From Octopus vulgaris (lineage: Eukaryota), in the NCBI GenBank assembly GCA_951406725.2, contig OX597826.1:77562001-77626000 (forward strand): a stretch of 64,000 nt of DNA. The letters run 5' to 3'. The position numbers and the translations under genes are program-made. Below are positions 24,431 to 37,592 of the stretch, in pieces. Below the pieces are notes generated by a model. That model worked only from the letters and a program-made list of their open reading frames with translations, was not told the origin of the DNA and did no database searches. Each line of letters opens with the position of its first letter. Position 1 is the stretch's first letter.

Positions 24431-24938
24431 ATTGATTCTATTCTCAATCCATACATCATTATTAGTGAGAGAGCAGCACACGCCATTAAACTGATGTGGG
24501 GGTACAAGTATATGAAGCCCAATATACCCATCATGACTACCCTCAGATAAGGGTACACCAGGAGTAAGCATCACAACCATATGTGCACAATATAGTGACC
24601 TCATATCAAGCCAAACAGTTCATGACCTTGCAGGTGGGGGCCCAGTCAGAATTTTCTTCAGGCCTAGCAGCCCATCCCACTCATAAGGTCCCTGAATAAG
24701 AGTTAAGGATGATGAGCAAAACATCCTTGTTTCCAGAGGTGAATTATTCAAACCTCAAAGTTCTCTCAACACATAGCAATGATGCTCTTCCACTACCCCT
24801 GCTTGTGACCAGAGATGCACATATTGTCAGCCACTAAGAGACATGCTCAACTGGTCAACACCTGATTGGTCAATTACAACAGGACGCATCCTCATCTCCC
24901 ACATGATGTCCTTGGTCATTGTCAACAACAACACGTTA

Positions 24939-25316
24939 ATTTACAATGGACAGATAGGTGTCTTTATCTTGTTTGAAGTTGCCACAATGTTCTGGCTGAT
25001 GTATTCTCCAGCCTTCATCAGGTGTTCTGATGGAATTTCAAACCCAACCCTCTATTTGACTAATGGGGTACTCTGTTCTCATTACTAAGATTTTTTTCTT
25101 TTTTTTTTTATGATGTCATTTTTTGTATACCTTAGGAATGAGAACAGAGCACCTCATTAGTCAAATAAAGAGTTGGGTTCAAAATTCCACCAGGACACCT
25201 GATGAAGGCGGGAGAGTACATCATCCAAAACATTGTGGTAACAACAAACAAGGTGGAAACACCTATCCGTCCATTGTAAATAATGTACATAATTCCTCAT
25301 CTCAGAAATATAGACT
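24939..25316. mobile_element. Fold-back H3 element with two decayed hammerheads
   Basis: Arms 24939-25089 and 25131-25281 plus a tail; CTGATGA-A-GG cores at 25194-25239(+) and 24981-25026(-), with GAAAC/GTT mutated. Confidence 0.8.
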
Positions 25317-25436
25317 AGTATTAATTAATAAATGCAATCTAGCATACATTGAACCACACCATAATTCCCACATTTGCACCTCGTTAACAATTCTGAACAA
25401 AGATAATAGTTTAATAAAGAAAGAAGACAGCAAAGG

Positions 25437-25480
25437 ACCACTGATGAGGTTACAGAAGTGTGACGAAAGAACTCTTGTTG
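25437..25480 (+). ncRNA. Hammerhead-like remnant
   Basis: CTGATGA-G-GTTA cagaagtg TGAC-GAAA; stem I does not pair well. Confidence 0.35.
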
Positions 25481-26559
25481 AAATACAATTTATGTAAAAT
25501 AAAGCTGAAGCAAGTCAACACCAAATATATATAGTCTGTGTGTGTGTGTTCATTGGCTAAACTGACAACATGACCATCCCCAAATACAACAATAGTTTAA
25601 TAACAGCTTAAACAATAAACATTAATCAATTATGTGTTCATCCTTTTGTGTTGAAAGAAAAACTGCTTTGAAAGGACAATGTGCTTATAGGTAAGTCAGT
25701 GTGACCTCAAGACATATTTTGACCACTTGTGCCTTATATCTGTGTGTGTCTGTGCATGTGCATGCAAATCATCATCATCATCATTTAACATCTGCTTTCC
25801 ATGTTATCATTGGTTGGATGGTTCGACTGGGATCTTCGAAGCCAGGAGGCTGCACCAGGCTCCAGTCTGATCTGGCAGTGTTTCTACAGCTGGATGCCCT
25901 TCCTAACACCGACCACTAAGCGAGTGTAGTGGGTGCTTTTCATGTGCCACCAGCACGAGCCAGAGGAGGCTGGCAATGGCCATGATCAGTTGGTGCTTTT
26001 TACATGCTACCAGCACAGAAGCCAGTCAAGGCGGTGCTAATATTGGCCACGTTTGGATGGTGCTTTCTATGTGCCACCGGCACAGGGATCACAACTACAA
26101 TTTTCATTTGATTTTCATTTTGATGTTGATGTACTTAACTCAATAGGTCTCCTCAAGCACAGCATGTCACCCTATGATCCAAGGTACTTTTGAATGGGCT
26201 GGGGCTGGCTATGCGAAACTGGTGTAGGATACAGTCGTGAACTGACTTTATTTGCTGGGTCTTCGCAGTCACAGCATATCTCCAGAGGTCTCAGTCTTTC
26301 GTCATTGCCTCTGTGAGACCCAATGTTCGATGGTCATGTTTCACCACCTCATCCCATGTCTGCCTGGGTCTACCTCTACCCCAGATTCCTTCAACTGTTT
26401 GGGAGTGGCACACTTCTCAGAAAAATATTGTTAGCTTTCATGAAAACACACACAAGAAAAAAAAAAAAAGGACACTATTTAAGCCAGTATTATATAGTAT
26501 CGATTCCCCCAAACTATGAAGATTAAAACTTATAACGAGGCCAGATGTAGCACATTTTT

Positions 26560-27835
26560 ATGTATCCTGACCACCCAGCCAGACACAGTACTCCAGTGAA
26601 ACCCAGTTAGTAGAAAGAACACTGCAATAAACAAACACATCAAAGAAACATTTAGTAAAAGCTAGATTACTAAGTTCAATTACTAAAACAACCGAATACT
26701 AAGCCAGCCAAACAGTTGTACTAAATTTTGTTTAATAATAAACGTCCGTGTTCACTATAGTTGATACTAAAAACAAGCAAAGCTGCTTACCATAAATTTT
26801 ATCACCTCATTGTTCTTTTTCGTCTCTATTTCAATAATCGATAATTTAATATAAATTGTAATATAATTGTATAATTGGAACAAGATCAGCAAACAAGTTG
26901 AATGCTTCAAATTTGTTAAGAAACAACATTTAGGCAACAACAAATATTATTGAGGAGGTGTTGAGAGGTCCGTATTTTATCCGATGGTGGCCATGTAGCG
27001 TTTTGGCTTTTGGCAGGAAATCAAAATATGTATTTACAATTATATAATAACAACTTACTAGAATCTTTACTGAAGTTCCTTCCAGAAGCTATTTAGCTTT
27101 TATGTAGCCATTATAGAAAAGCAGTTAGTATGCAAATCAAAATATTATTGAGTATCCAACTTGTACAATGCCGACAGCAAACAAACATAAATAATGACTA
27201 ATCATATAATTCTTCAAAATTTGAGAAAACTAAACAAAGGTGAAGAGTCTATCTTTTAAGAATTAAAAAAAAAAAATTGACTGCCAAATTGAGAGTTATT
27301 ACAGCAAATTAATGAGAAACTTAAAAAACAATTTACACTCATTACACCACAGAAAAAAAATACGTTAGACAAGAGAAGACTTTAAATGTAAAACAATCCA
27401 GGAACTGGCTCTGAAGAATTCTGTGATCTTAGTAACAAGTTCTCAGGAACTGATGATTAAAATTGCTTTCCTGGGTAAGAATCCACAGAGAGGATTAACT
27501 TTCTGAATATCTTAACACTTCAACTGAGAGGCAAATATGAAGCTTTAGGCAAAATAATAAATACTGGAATCCTTGCATCATTCTAATTACCATTCCGCAG
27601 CGGGCATTTTGAACTGGCCATGATGCATACGTGCATATATATGTGGGTATACGTTCGTATATGTAAGTATTCGTATGTTGTATTTATATATATATGTATT
27701 TATGTTTATCTTCTGTGTGTATTCTACTGACGAGGCAAAGCATTCCTAAATGCAAAACCAAAAATCTGGGATCTAGAATTAACCAGTAATTTTTTACTAG
27801 TTTCATCTTGTCTCTTTGTTTTCTCTCCGTGTTAA
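26560..27835 (+). mobile_element. Decayed Penelope-like RT followed by an HHR-bearing terminal region (H5)
   Basis: VRILS (~26968), ES-FTEVP--EAI with frameshifts (~27061-27093; cf. DVESLFTNVP..EAI), NFLNI...K..NTG (~27497-27568); HHR remnant downstream. Confidence 0.5.
27721..27779 (+). ncRNA. Decayed hammerhead (H5)
   Basis: ATTCTA-CTGACGA-GG...CC-AAAAA(for GAAA)-TCTGGGA-TC-TAGAAT; 6-bp stem I intact. Confidence 0.55.
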
Positions 27836-28001
27836 TATAGGGACAATTAAGGTGGTTTTAGAGTCAGATCATGGCTGCTATTTTAGCATGGTAGTATCTC
27901 GTAGATACCCTAATTTTAATAATTATTACCTTTGAAGGTTATTTTTTCTATGCTGAGCACTTGATAAAATCATTATTTTATTTTTAAATTAACGAACTTA
28001 T

Positions 28002-28061
<60 letters not shown>

Positions 28062-29112
28062 TTTCAAATGTGTAGGTGGATCTATGAAAAGTAACCAAAA
28101 TTTCATTCTCCAATGGAATATGCATCTAGCAAACCTTTTCTAACCTCTTGTACTAACTTATACATGTTCGTTCTGAATTATGCCCTCTCCGTCATCATCA
28201 TTTAATATCTGTTGTCCATGCTGACATGGGTTGGACAGTTTGACCAGGGCTGGCAAGCTGGAAGGCTGCACCAGACTCCAGTCTGATTTGGTATGGTTTT
28301 CTATGGCTGGATGCCCTTCTTAATGCCAACCACTCCAAGAGTGCAATGGGTGCTTTTACGTGCCACTGGCACAGGTGCCATTTGCGTGACACCAGGGTGT
28401 GTTTACGTGCCAATTTGCATGACACCGGTAACTGCCACAACTGCGATTTTCCTCAGCTTGATGGGTCTTCTTCACAAGCACAACATAATGCCAAAGGTGT
28501 TGGTCATTAATTATAATTTGATAAAATAGCAAGGCTTCAAATGGCAACAATGTATGTGTACCCATTCTTTGGTAGTTCCTCAGAAAATGGCACCATCCTG
28601 GTAACATTTCTCAGTTTGGTAAGTTTAATACAAGAATTAATACTCAGCTGTAGCTTTACTAATCTAAGTATTTCAGCCTTTTTAAAGTTTGGCTCACAAG
28701 CCAATATAAACACACCATAATCTACATGATGTCACAATATCATCTCGTGAAGACATGTGACATGTTGCACTCACAATCGTGGGATCGTGGCTTCTATTCC
28801 CAGACAGGCAGCACATTGTGTTCTTGAGCAACACTTCATTTCACACTGTTTCAGTCATCATCAAGCATTTGTTTTCTATGCTGGCATGGATTGGGTGGGT
28901 TGACTAGATCTGGCAAGCCACAGGGCCGTGCCAAGCCCCACTCGCAGTTTTGGCATGGTTTCCATGGCCGGATGCCTTTCCTAGGGCCGACCACCTTACG
29001 CAATACACAGGATGCATTTTTTTGTGCTACTGGCACTAGTGAGGTGGCTTTTCAAACTGTGAGCTCCTTGTCAAACCGTCCAACCCATGCCAGCATGGAA
29101 AACTGACATTAA

Positions 29113-29480
29113 ATGATGATGATGATGATGACGAAGATGATGATGATAACGAACATGATGATGATGATGGCGAAGATGATGACGAAGATGATGATGATGA
29201 AGAAGATGATGATAATGATGAAGATGATGATGATGATGATGACGATGATGATGATGATGATGAAGATGATGAAGAAGATGATGATGATGACGAAGAAGAT
29301 GATGATGATGGGGAAGATGATGATGATGATGAAGATGATAATGATGATGACGAAGAAGATGATGATGAAGATGAGGATGATGATGATGACGAAGATGATG
29401 ATGATGATGATGACAAAGATGATGATGACGAAGAAGATGATGATGACGAAAATGATGATGATGACGAAGATGATGATGAT
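29113..29480. repeat. (GAT/GAA/GAC)n trinucleotide array grown from a SINE-C tail
   Basis: Begins directly at the (GAT)n tail of the SINE-C copy ending ~29112; source of the poly-S, poly-M and poly-I ORFs. Confidence 0.95.
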
Positions 29481-30434
29481 GTGTATATATATATATACAT
29501 ATATATACACAGCAATGTGAGCATATCTCTGCCGCAAGAACATTCTTCTCCTAATGTATGTCAAAACGAATGTCCTTTCCGTAGTGCAAAAATCCAGTGA
29601 AGTCAGTGAGCTTCACGTAAACAGGTTCAATTGTTTTTGCTTTTTTCCTTCTTCGAAGGCTGATCTATAACATCTTGCATATTTCACATTTCTATTGTTT
29701 GCTGCTGACTCCAGGTTGCAGCAGCCATGTTGGTGCAGCTTCAAATCATTTTCCATAAAAAAAAAAAAAAAACCTCTGCTGCTCTAATGAAAGAGCTTTG
29801 TCTGCCTTGTCACCTTCGTTATATTTCAGGTCATGTCTGGCAATGTATTGGCATATAAATCATGAAGAAAACAAAGAATTTGTCAAGCTGAGTTATTCGG
29901 TTTGGTGAAGGCACCGGATTTAGTGCAGGCTTCGTTCTCAGTCAAGTTGAAGAATGGAGAGAATATTGGCAACCGAAACGGTTTCACTAAACTTTCCTTG
30001 CGGAAGAAGAATAAGACCCTAAAGATATTTCAATATGTCACTTCGTTAACCTAGGTTCCAGACCATTGTTAGCTTTAATAACACCAACAAATATTATATT
30101 GTATTTCTTCTTTATGCTGTATTTAATTCATTCTCAGAAAATTTCACTGTTATAAGAGATTATCAAGGTAGATGGAAACTGAAAGAAGCCTGTAGTATAT
30201 ATATATATTTGTGCTACACCTGAGCACTGTATACAATAAGTTCATTATTATTACATATATCTCAGTGTGTGTGTCTTCATGTCTGTGTGTGTTCCCAATC
30301 CTTGCTTGACAACTGGTATTAGTATGTTTACATCCCCTGTAACTTAGCAGTTTGGCAAAAGTGAATGATAAAGTAAGTACAAATCTTTACAAAAAATATG
30401 CAGTAGGGACAATTTGTTCAACTAAATTCTTCAA

Positions 30435-30710
30435 TTAGAAAATTATTATTTTTAAATCTTACAACATGAGATATTCAGCAATAGTACTTTGTAGTAAAGA
30501 TTGTTTGCCAACATAACATGGCAGTCCTGGTTTAGGACGAATGTTGCTGTAATTTAGCCCCAGGAGACATCATCTTCAGCTGGCTATACGACACGATCTG
30601 TGTCCTTATATTTTCAAACAAGGGAATCTAGCACTCCCACTCAGCTCAAAACAGTATCTGTGTATCGCGATTTCTAGGTTATTTCCCTTCATCAGCACAG
30701 AATAATTGTT
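30435..30710 (-). mobile_element. PLE-like terminal element, family H6
   Basis: Shares ~160 nt with 21453-21613 and ~30 nt with 31109-31138; carries an HHR. Confidence 0.75.
30657..30701 (-). ncRNA. Minimal type-I hammerhead (H6)
   Basis: TCTGTG-CTGATGA-AGG gaaataa CCT-A-GAAA-TCGCGA-TA-CACAGA: 6-bp stem I, palindromic ATCGCGAT stem III, AUA cleavage site. Confidence 0.8.
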
Positions 30711-31549
30711 CAGTTAGAGATGGTGCTGCCAAATTCCCATTTAAAATATATAGTTTTCAAAGTAACAACTAGTCATCATCATCATCGTTTAACGTCCATT
30801 TCCCATGCTAGCATGGGTTGGACGGTTCGACCGGGGTCTGTGAAGCCAGGAGGCTGCACCAGGCTCCAGTCTCATCTGGCAGTGTTTCTACAGCTGGATG
30901 CCCTTCCTAACGCCAACCACTCCATTATGGGTGCTTTTTACGTGCCACTAGCACAGGTGCCAGGAGAGGCTGGCAGCGACCATGATCGGTTGGTGTTTTT
31001 TACGTGCCACCGGCACAGAAACCAGTCAAGGCGGCGCTGGCATCGGCCACATTTGGATGGTGCTTTTTACGTGTCACCGGCATAAAATTAATATAATTCT
31101 GATCTATAAATTAGGAAATTATTATTTTTAAATCTCACAGTCTGACAAGAGAAACTAGTAAAAAATAAAAGATATCCATTTTGTGAATGGAATTGAGACT
31201 GAACAAAAGAAGATAGCAAAAGAAAGAGGAATGCCAAACATAGATTCGAAACTGGAACCTTGCGGTTGGGAAACAGACTATTTCATCCTTTCATTACCAT
31301 ATTTCTGTTGAAATGAAATTCCTTTGTTTTGATTAATTTTCAAAATAACAAAGAATTTGATGAAATAAATTTGTCATTATTAAAAGCTGCTGTTTGGGAC
31401 ATAAATTAACGCGAAATCTTGAAGGAAGAAGGTTTTTAATCCAGGTAACTTCAAAATAGAAAGTTTTGGTATCACAGAACCAGGAGTGGTCTCAGACAGG
31501 TTGGAATCAAAAGGGTTAATCACAGAGGCCGGCACCAAATGATAACATT

Positions 31550-32100
31550 TTCTTCCAAAATTTGAAGAATATTATAATGGAAATTTCAGTTCAGAGTGGG
31601 TTGATGATATTATAAGGATAAAATTCAGTTTCTATTGGAATATCCAAAATTTGGATAATATCATAATGCTTATAATGGTAAATCTAGTACTAATAGCAGC
31701 AGGTTACAAATTTTGAATACTATTGTAATGTTAAATTTCAGTTGCTGCAAGAGAATAAAATAAAAAAAAGGGCATTGCTATGATTATTATTATTATTATA
31801 TTATTATTATTATTATTATTATCATTATTAATTATTATTATTATTATTATTAATAATATCATTGCTGTTGTTATTATAACCATCACCATCACCATTCTCA
31901 ATTCAGGTTCTGCAGTCGACTACAAAGAATGGATCTTATCATTATGATAAACTCAGTTCCTGCAGAAGAATTGGAAATTTGGATATTAATTTAATGAAAT
32001 TTTTAGATTCTACACCATGAGACGCCAAACTAAATTTTCTGCAATTCCTCTGTTATTTTAATGGTAAATTTCAATCCTGGCAGAAAGTTGTAAAGTTTCA
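31550..32100. repeat. Degenerate ~50-nt minisatellite interrupted by (ATT)n
   Basis: Recurrent ATATTATAATGGTAAATTTCAGTT...AAATTTGGA-like units. Confidence 0.5.
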
Positions 32101-32214
32101 CAAACATCAAACTGAATTTCCTTTGTAAGAAACAGCTGACACCGAAAACATCATTGAGACTTTTCTTGTCTTTTGTTATTCCATTTCGGTTATTTCTTGT
32201 GTCGAGGAGGGAAG

Positions 32215-32600
32215 TGGTGGTGGGTGGTGTGGGCGGTGGGTGGTGGTGGTTGGTGGTGGTGGTTGGTGGTGATGGGTGGTCGGTGGTATAGGTGGTGTGG
32301 TGTAGTTCAGAGAGCCTGATGTGATGTATTGGTGATATTCAGATCTGAGTGTGTTATGTGATGTAGTGTGGTGGCGGTGGTGGTGGTGGTGGTGATGGCG
32401 GCGGCAGTGGTAGTGTGGGTGGTGGTGGTGGGTGGTGGTGGTGGTTGGTGGTGGTGATCGGTGATGGTGGTCGGTGATATAGGTGGTGTGGTGTAGTTAA
32501 GAGTGCCTGATGTTATGTATTGGTGATATTCAAATCAGAGTGTTATGTGATTTAGTGTGGCGGTCGTGGTGGTGGTGGTAGTGGCGGTGGTGATGTGACA
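32215..32600. repeat. (GGT)n-rich region with a ~190-nt tandem duplication
   Basis: TATAGGTGGTGTGGTGTAGTT.AGAG.GCCTGATG...TATTGGTGATATTCA occurs twice (~32287 and ~32478). Confidence 0.9.
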
Positions 32601-32954
32601 TGTAGGAGATGAGATGTGCTGATGGCATGGTGACGATGTGATGATGTGGTGTCATGGTGATGTGGTAGTAATGTGAAGGTGGTGGAGGTGGTGGTGTTGT
32701 AAGGGTCATCATTATCATCAATTTAACATCCACTTTCCCATGCTTGCATGAGTCAGATGGAATTTGGTGAGGCAGATTTCCAGAGCTAGAAACCCTTCCT
32801 GTTCCCTTCCAGCGGTCAACTCTTGGTAATATTTTAATATTTCCCCATTGCTGAACATGTTTTTATGGAGGACTGGAAACAAACAACCTTGCTTGTATGC
32901 TGGTGATGCTTGTTTACAACTACAATATCAAGACAAGAGCACACACACACACAC

Positions 32955-33001
<47 letters not shown>

Positions 33002-33481
33002 TGGTCAATACAGAGCCACACTCTAGAACATTAGACCATAGAGCAGCAGAAATTATGTGCCTCCAGCCATTTGAGTCTCATGAGCTACTTATGCAGCTTT
33101 AAGTGCTTTAAGGGTGCAAAATCAATGGCCCCTCTCTGACTGACCATAACAAACAACCTAAATGTATGTGTGTATGCATATATATATATGTATATGCACA
33201 TGTATGTAAGCATGTGGATATGAAAGTAAACAAATCAACACACAGACGGATAGGTACATAGGTTATATGAAGACAAGCACACATACACACATAGGCAAAT
33301 GAAGACTGAAATACATGACCATACATATACACACACACACTTTATATATAAAACTGTCCGACGAATGGGAACGTGAAACTCTGTGTAACAGTTTTTGTGA
33401 TATTTCTGTTGCTTTTAAATAAAATATATTTATACAAACACACACACACACATATATATCATCATCATCATTTAACGTCCG

Positions 33482-33647
33482 TTTTCCATGCTAGCACAGG
33501 TTGGACGGTTCAACCGAGGTCTGGGAGGCCAGGAGGCTGCACCTGGCTCCAGTCTGATCTGGTAGTGTTTCTACAGATCAGACTGGAGTCTGGTGCAGCC
33601 TCCTGCTTCCCAGACCCTGTCGAACCGTCCAACTCATGCTAGCATGG

Positions 33648-33651
<4 letters not shown>
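33482..33651. repeat. Fold-back of two SINE-C 3' halves
   Basis: Arms 33482-33561 and 33574-33651, 12-nt spacer. Confidence 0.9.
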
Positions 33652-33700
<49 letters not shown>

Positions 33701-33810
33701 ATCACGTGACCGACCAGACCATCAGATGTTGCTACACATCGCTGGTCGCAATGTGCTTCGTATTGTTTTAGCCTTCGAATGACGCCACCCCGCTGGCTAA
33801 GCGAGCAGGC

Positions 33811-33842
<32 letters not shown>

Positions 33843-34136
33843 GCCAACTTCTTTCAGTTTCCTCCAACCAAATCCACTAATAGAACTTTAATCAGACTAG
33901 GGCTCTAGAGGAAGACACTGGCCCAAGATACCATGGAGTGGGATTGAGCTCAAGACCACATGATATGGAAGAAAGGGGCTCAACCACACAGCCATGGAAT
34001 GTGTGGGATTACAATGAGAACTATGAGTGTGTGTGAGTGTGTAAGCATTTCTTTGACTTGATGTCACATGACAGTTATAAGTAATTCCCACTGTCATACA
34101 AACATCATCCATTTCCAATATTCTACAAGAATATTA

Positions 34137-34303
34137 GGCGCAGGAGTGGCTGTGTGGTAAGTAGCATGCTTACCAACCACATGGTTCCAGGTTCAGTCCC
34201 AGTGCATGGCATCTTGGGCAAGTGTCTTCTACTATAGCTTTCGGGCCGACCAAAGCCTTGTGAGTGGATTTCTTAGACAGAAACTGAAAGAAGCTGGTTT
34301 TGT

Positions 34304-34343
<40 letters not shown>

Positions 34344-34346
34344 GTG

Positions 34347-34382
<36 letters not shown>

Positions 34383-34612
34383 TGTGTGTGTGTGTGTGTG
34401 TGTGTGTATATCTTTGTGTGTCTGTGTTTGTCCCCCCAACATCACTTGAAACCAATGTTGGTGTGTTTACATCACCATAACTTAGCGGTTCAGCAAAAGA
34501 GACTGATAGAATAAGTACTAAACTTACAAAGAACAAGTCCTGGGGTAGATTTGCTTGACTAAAGGCAGTGCTCAAGCATGGCCACAGTCAAATGACTGAA
34601 ACAAGTAAAAGA
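34137..34612 (+). mobile_element. SINE family A, full length
   Basis: GGCGCAGGAGTGGCTGTGTGGTAAG ... GACTGAAACAAGTAAAAGA. Confidence 0.9.
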
Positions 34613-35321
34613 ATAAAAAAATAAAAGAACATGTTTGGCCTTGGAGAAATATTACTTTGCTTGGAAACACTTGAAGGTTGGTGCCATGAAGGGAATCTGG
34701 TTATAGGAAATAAAATCTGTCTCAAAAAACACCATCTAACCCATGCAGGTATGAAAAACCAGATGTTAAAATGATGATGACGATGAGGAGGATGATGATG
34801 ATTTTGTTCCAGAAGGGTTGGTAAATTTCCTTTCCCACCCACAAATGAATGATTACCCTGATTTTCATTTCTCCCTGTTCATTAGATAAGATACACCCCT
34901 AATCTCATCAAAACTATATCCACTGCTACAACCACACTGGACGGAATACCAGCTGATCTTCTTTGCCATGATCTTAAGGAGAGACAGCGCTAAAGAGTCG
35001 TCCTGCTCTTGAATGCTGTCCTGATGTTGCATGCATCATAGAACCATAGACAGATTGTGGCAGGTGTAATATTTTCAATCTTGATGCCTCTGCTCTGGGA
35101 ACATAACACTATGCCTGCAGATTACTTGCAGAGTACTTATCTGAGATAATCCTAATCATTTTTGTGGGTAGATTGTGTCAAAGTTGCCACTTAGGAACTT
35201 TGTTCAATGTTGTAGGCCACAGGCAGTGGTGTCCTTCTTGCAGTGTGGATAATGAGAAACAGGGAGACAGAATACAGAATATACTAGAATAATACAATGC
35301 AGAATATGAATATATATATAA

Positions 35322-35354
<33 letters not shown>

Positions 35355-35807
35355 TATACACACATATATATACATATCTATACGTACATTATATATGTAT
35401 ATATGTGCGAGTGTGTGTATAAGTAAAGTATATATATAGACACATACATATATGTATACATATGTATATGTATGTACATAAATATATATACATATATATA
35501 TATGCACAGATACATACATATGTGTATATATGTACAAACACACAAACACATGCATATATATATATATGTGTGCGTGGGTGTGTATGTACGTATGTATATA
35601 AATTCATGCCAGCTTGGAAGGAGGATGTTAAATGATGACGATGATGGTATATATATATATATATATATATAGATAATGTATGTTTGTATGTATGTACATA
35701 TATATGAGTGTGTGTTTAAGATAATATAATATGCAGTTGTTCATAGGTAGCAAAGCATGGAAATATGACACACACACATACATAAAAACTTATATGTATA
35801 TGCTTTA

Positions 35808-35851
<44 letters not shown>

Positions 35852-36344
35852 TAATATATATATATATATATATATATAAATACATAATACTATAATGTAT
35901 ATACATATGTTTTTGTGTGTGTGTGTGTATTCACAGGTTTTTTTTACTTTGCATTTTTTATGAATGTTTTTTTGCTGTTGTTTTCTATTCTTTTCTTTCC
36001 AACATCAAACAAAACCATCATCATCACCATCATCATCATCATCATCCTTATCATCAAACACTCCTGCCAGTTCCATCAGCCAGACAAAAACATCATCTCT
36101 CACAGAATATTTGATTATTACATTGGGGCTAGCAATGGTGGTGCTGGTGCTGGTGCTGCTGATGATGGAAGTAGGGGTGGGCATGGAAGAATTCATACTT
36201 TATCTGATCTTCACATTTCATTACATATGTAAAATAACAAATAAATATCAGAATAAGCAAAATAAAAAAGGGAACAAAGAAAAATAAATAAAAATAATAA
36301 CAAAGAGTTAGACAATGACATAATAATAATAATAAATGAAAGAA

Positions 36345-36726
36345 ATGAAAAAGAGGAGAGAAAAGATGAGAGGAGGGGAGAAAAAAGAAAGGACAGAAAG
36401 AAGGAGAGATTGAGAGAAAGACAAAGAGAAAGAGAAGGGAAGAGAAAAAAGAGAAAAAGGAAAAGAAAGAAAAGGGGAAAAAAGAATAAAAGAGAGAGAG
36501 AAGGAAAGAAAGAAGGAGAGATAGAGAGAAAGACAAAGAGAAAGGGAAGGGAAAAGAAAAAAGGAAAAAGAAAAGGGAAAAGAAAGAAAAGGAAAAAGAA
36601 AGAATAAAAGAGAGAGAAAGAAAGAAAGAAGGAAAGACTGAGAGAAAGACAAAGAGAAAAGGAAGGGAAAAGGAAAAAGGAAAAGTGGAAGAAGGAAAAT
36701 GAAAAAGGAAAAAGAATAAAATTAAG

Positions 36727-36770
<44 letters not shown>

Positions 36771-36780
36771 AGGGAGGGAG
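36345..36780. repeat. Polypurine (GA-rich) low-complexity tract
   Basis: Directly visible. Confidence 0.95.
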
Positions 36781-37592
36781 ACCAAATCTAATTCAGAACA
36801 CAATATATCTTAAAAATGATAAAGAAAAGAAAGTGTTTTGTTGTATTTGTTTAATAATGTTGGTTTTGTGGTTAGAAATCATTATTATCATCATCAACAT
36901 TATTATTATTCTTATTATTATTTCATATTATTTATGGAGGGTGAGGTTTGCTTTGTTGCTGTTGTTGTTGTTAGTAAAAGTTTAAAGAAATTTCAGTGAA
37001 ACATTAAATATTTCAGAGAAATGTCAACCTTATACACCACCTGGCCACCCAACCATGACATACACACAGAAATATCCACATGCAACGCATTCATGTGAGT
37101 GTACATGTGAGGTGCATCTGTGTGTATACAGGTATATATTCGTATATAAATAAATAAATATAAAAAGCACCAACCGATCGTGGCCGCTTCCAGCCTCCCC
37201 TGACACCTGTGCCGGTGGCACGTAAAAAGCACCCACTACACTCACGGAGTGGTTGGCATTAGGAAGGGCATCCAGCTGTAGAAACACTGCCAGATCAGAC
37301 TGGAGCCCAGTGCAGCCTCCTGGCTTCCCAGACCCCAGTTGAACCGTCCAACCCATGCTAGCATGGAAAACGGACGTTAACGATGATGATGATGAAAATA
37401 TATATATATATTTATATATATATATATTGGATTTTTGCTGGTATTTGAGTACTCTTTTTCCACCTTGTTTCACATTTATGTGTTTACTCCGGTATATATA
37501 TATATATATACACACACACAAACAGACATACACACACACACACACACAGACATACACATACACACACACACATGCATATACGCAAATACACA

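Noticed and set aside
29946-29990. TTGAAGA...CCGAAACGGTT hammerhead-like string (similar weak strings at ~51503 and ~53563)
   Set aside because: Stem I does not pair, or GAAA is missing; too degenerate to call.
34137-34215. tRNA gene
   Set aside because: A and B boxes are present, but the sequence runs into the SINE-A body and no cloverleaf is evident; it is a SINE head.
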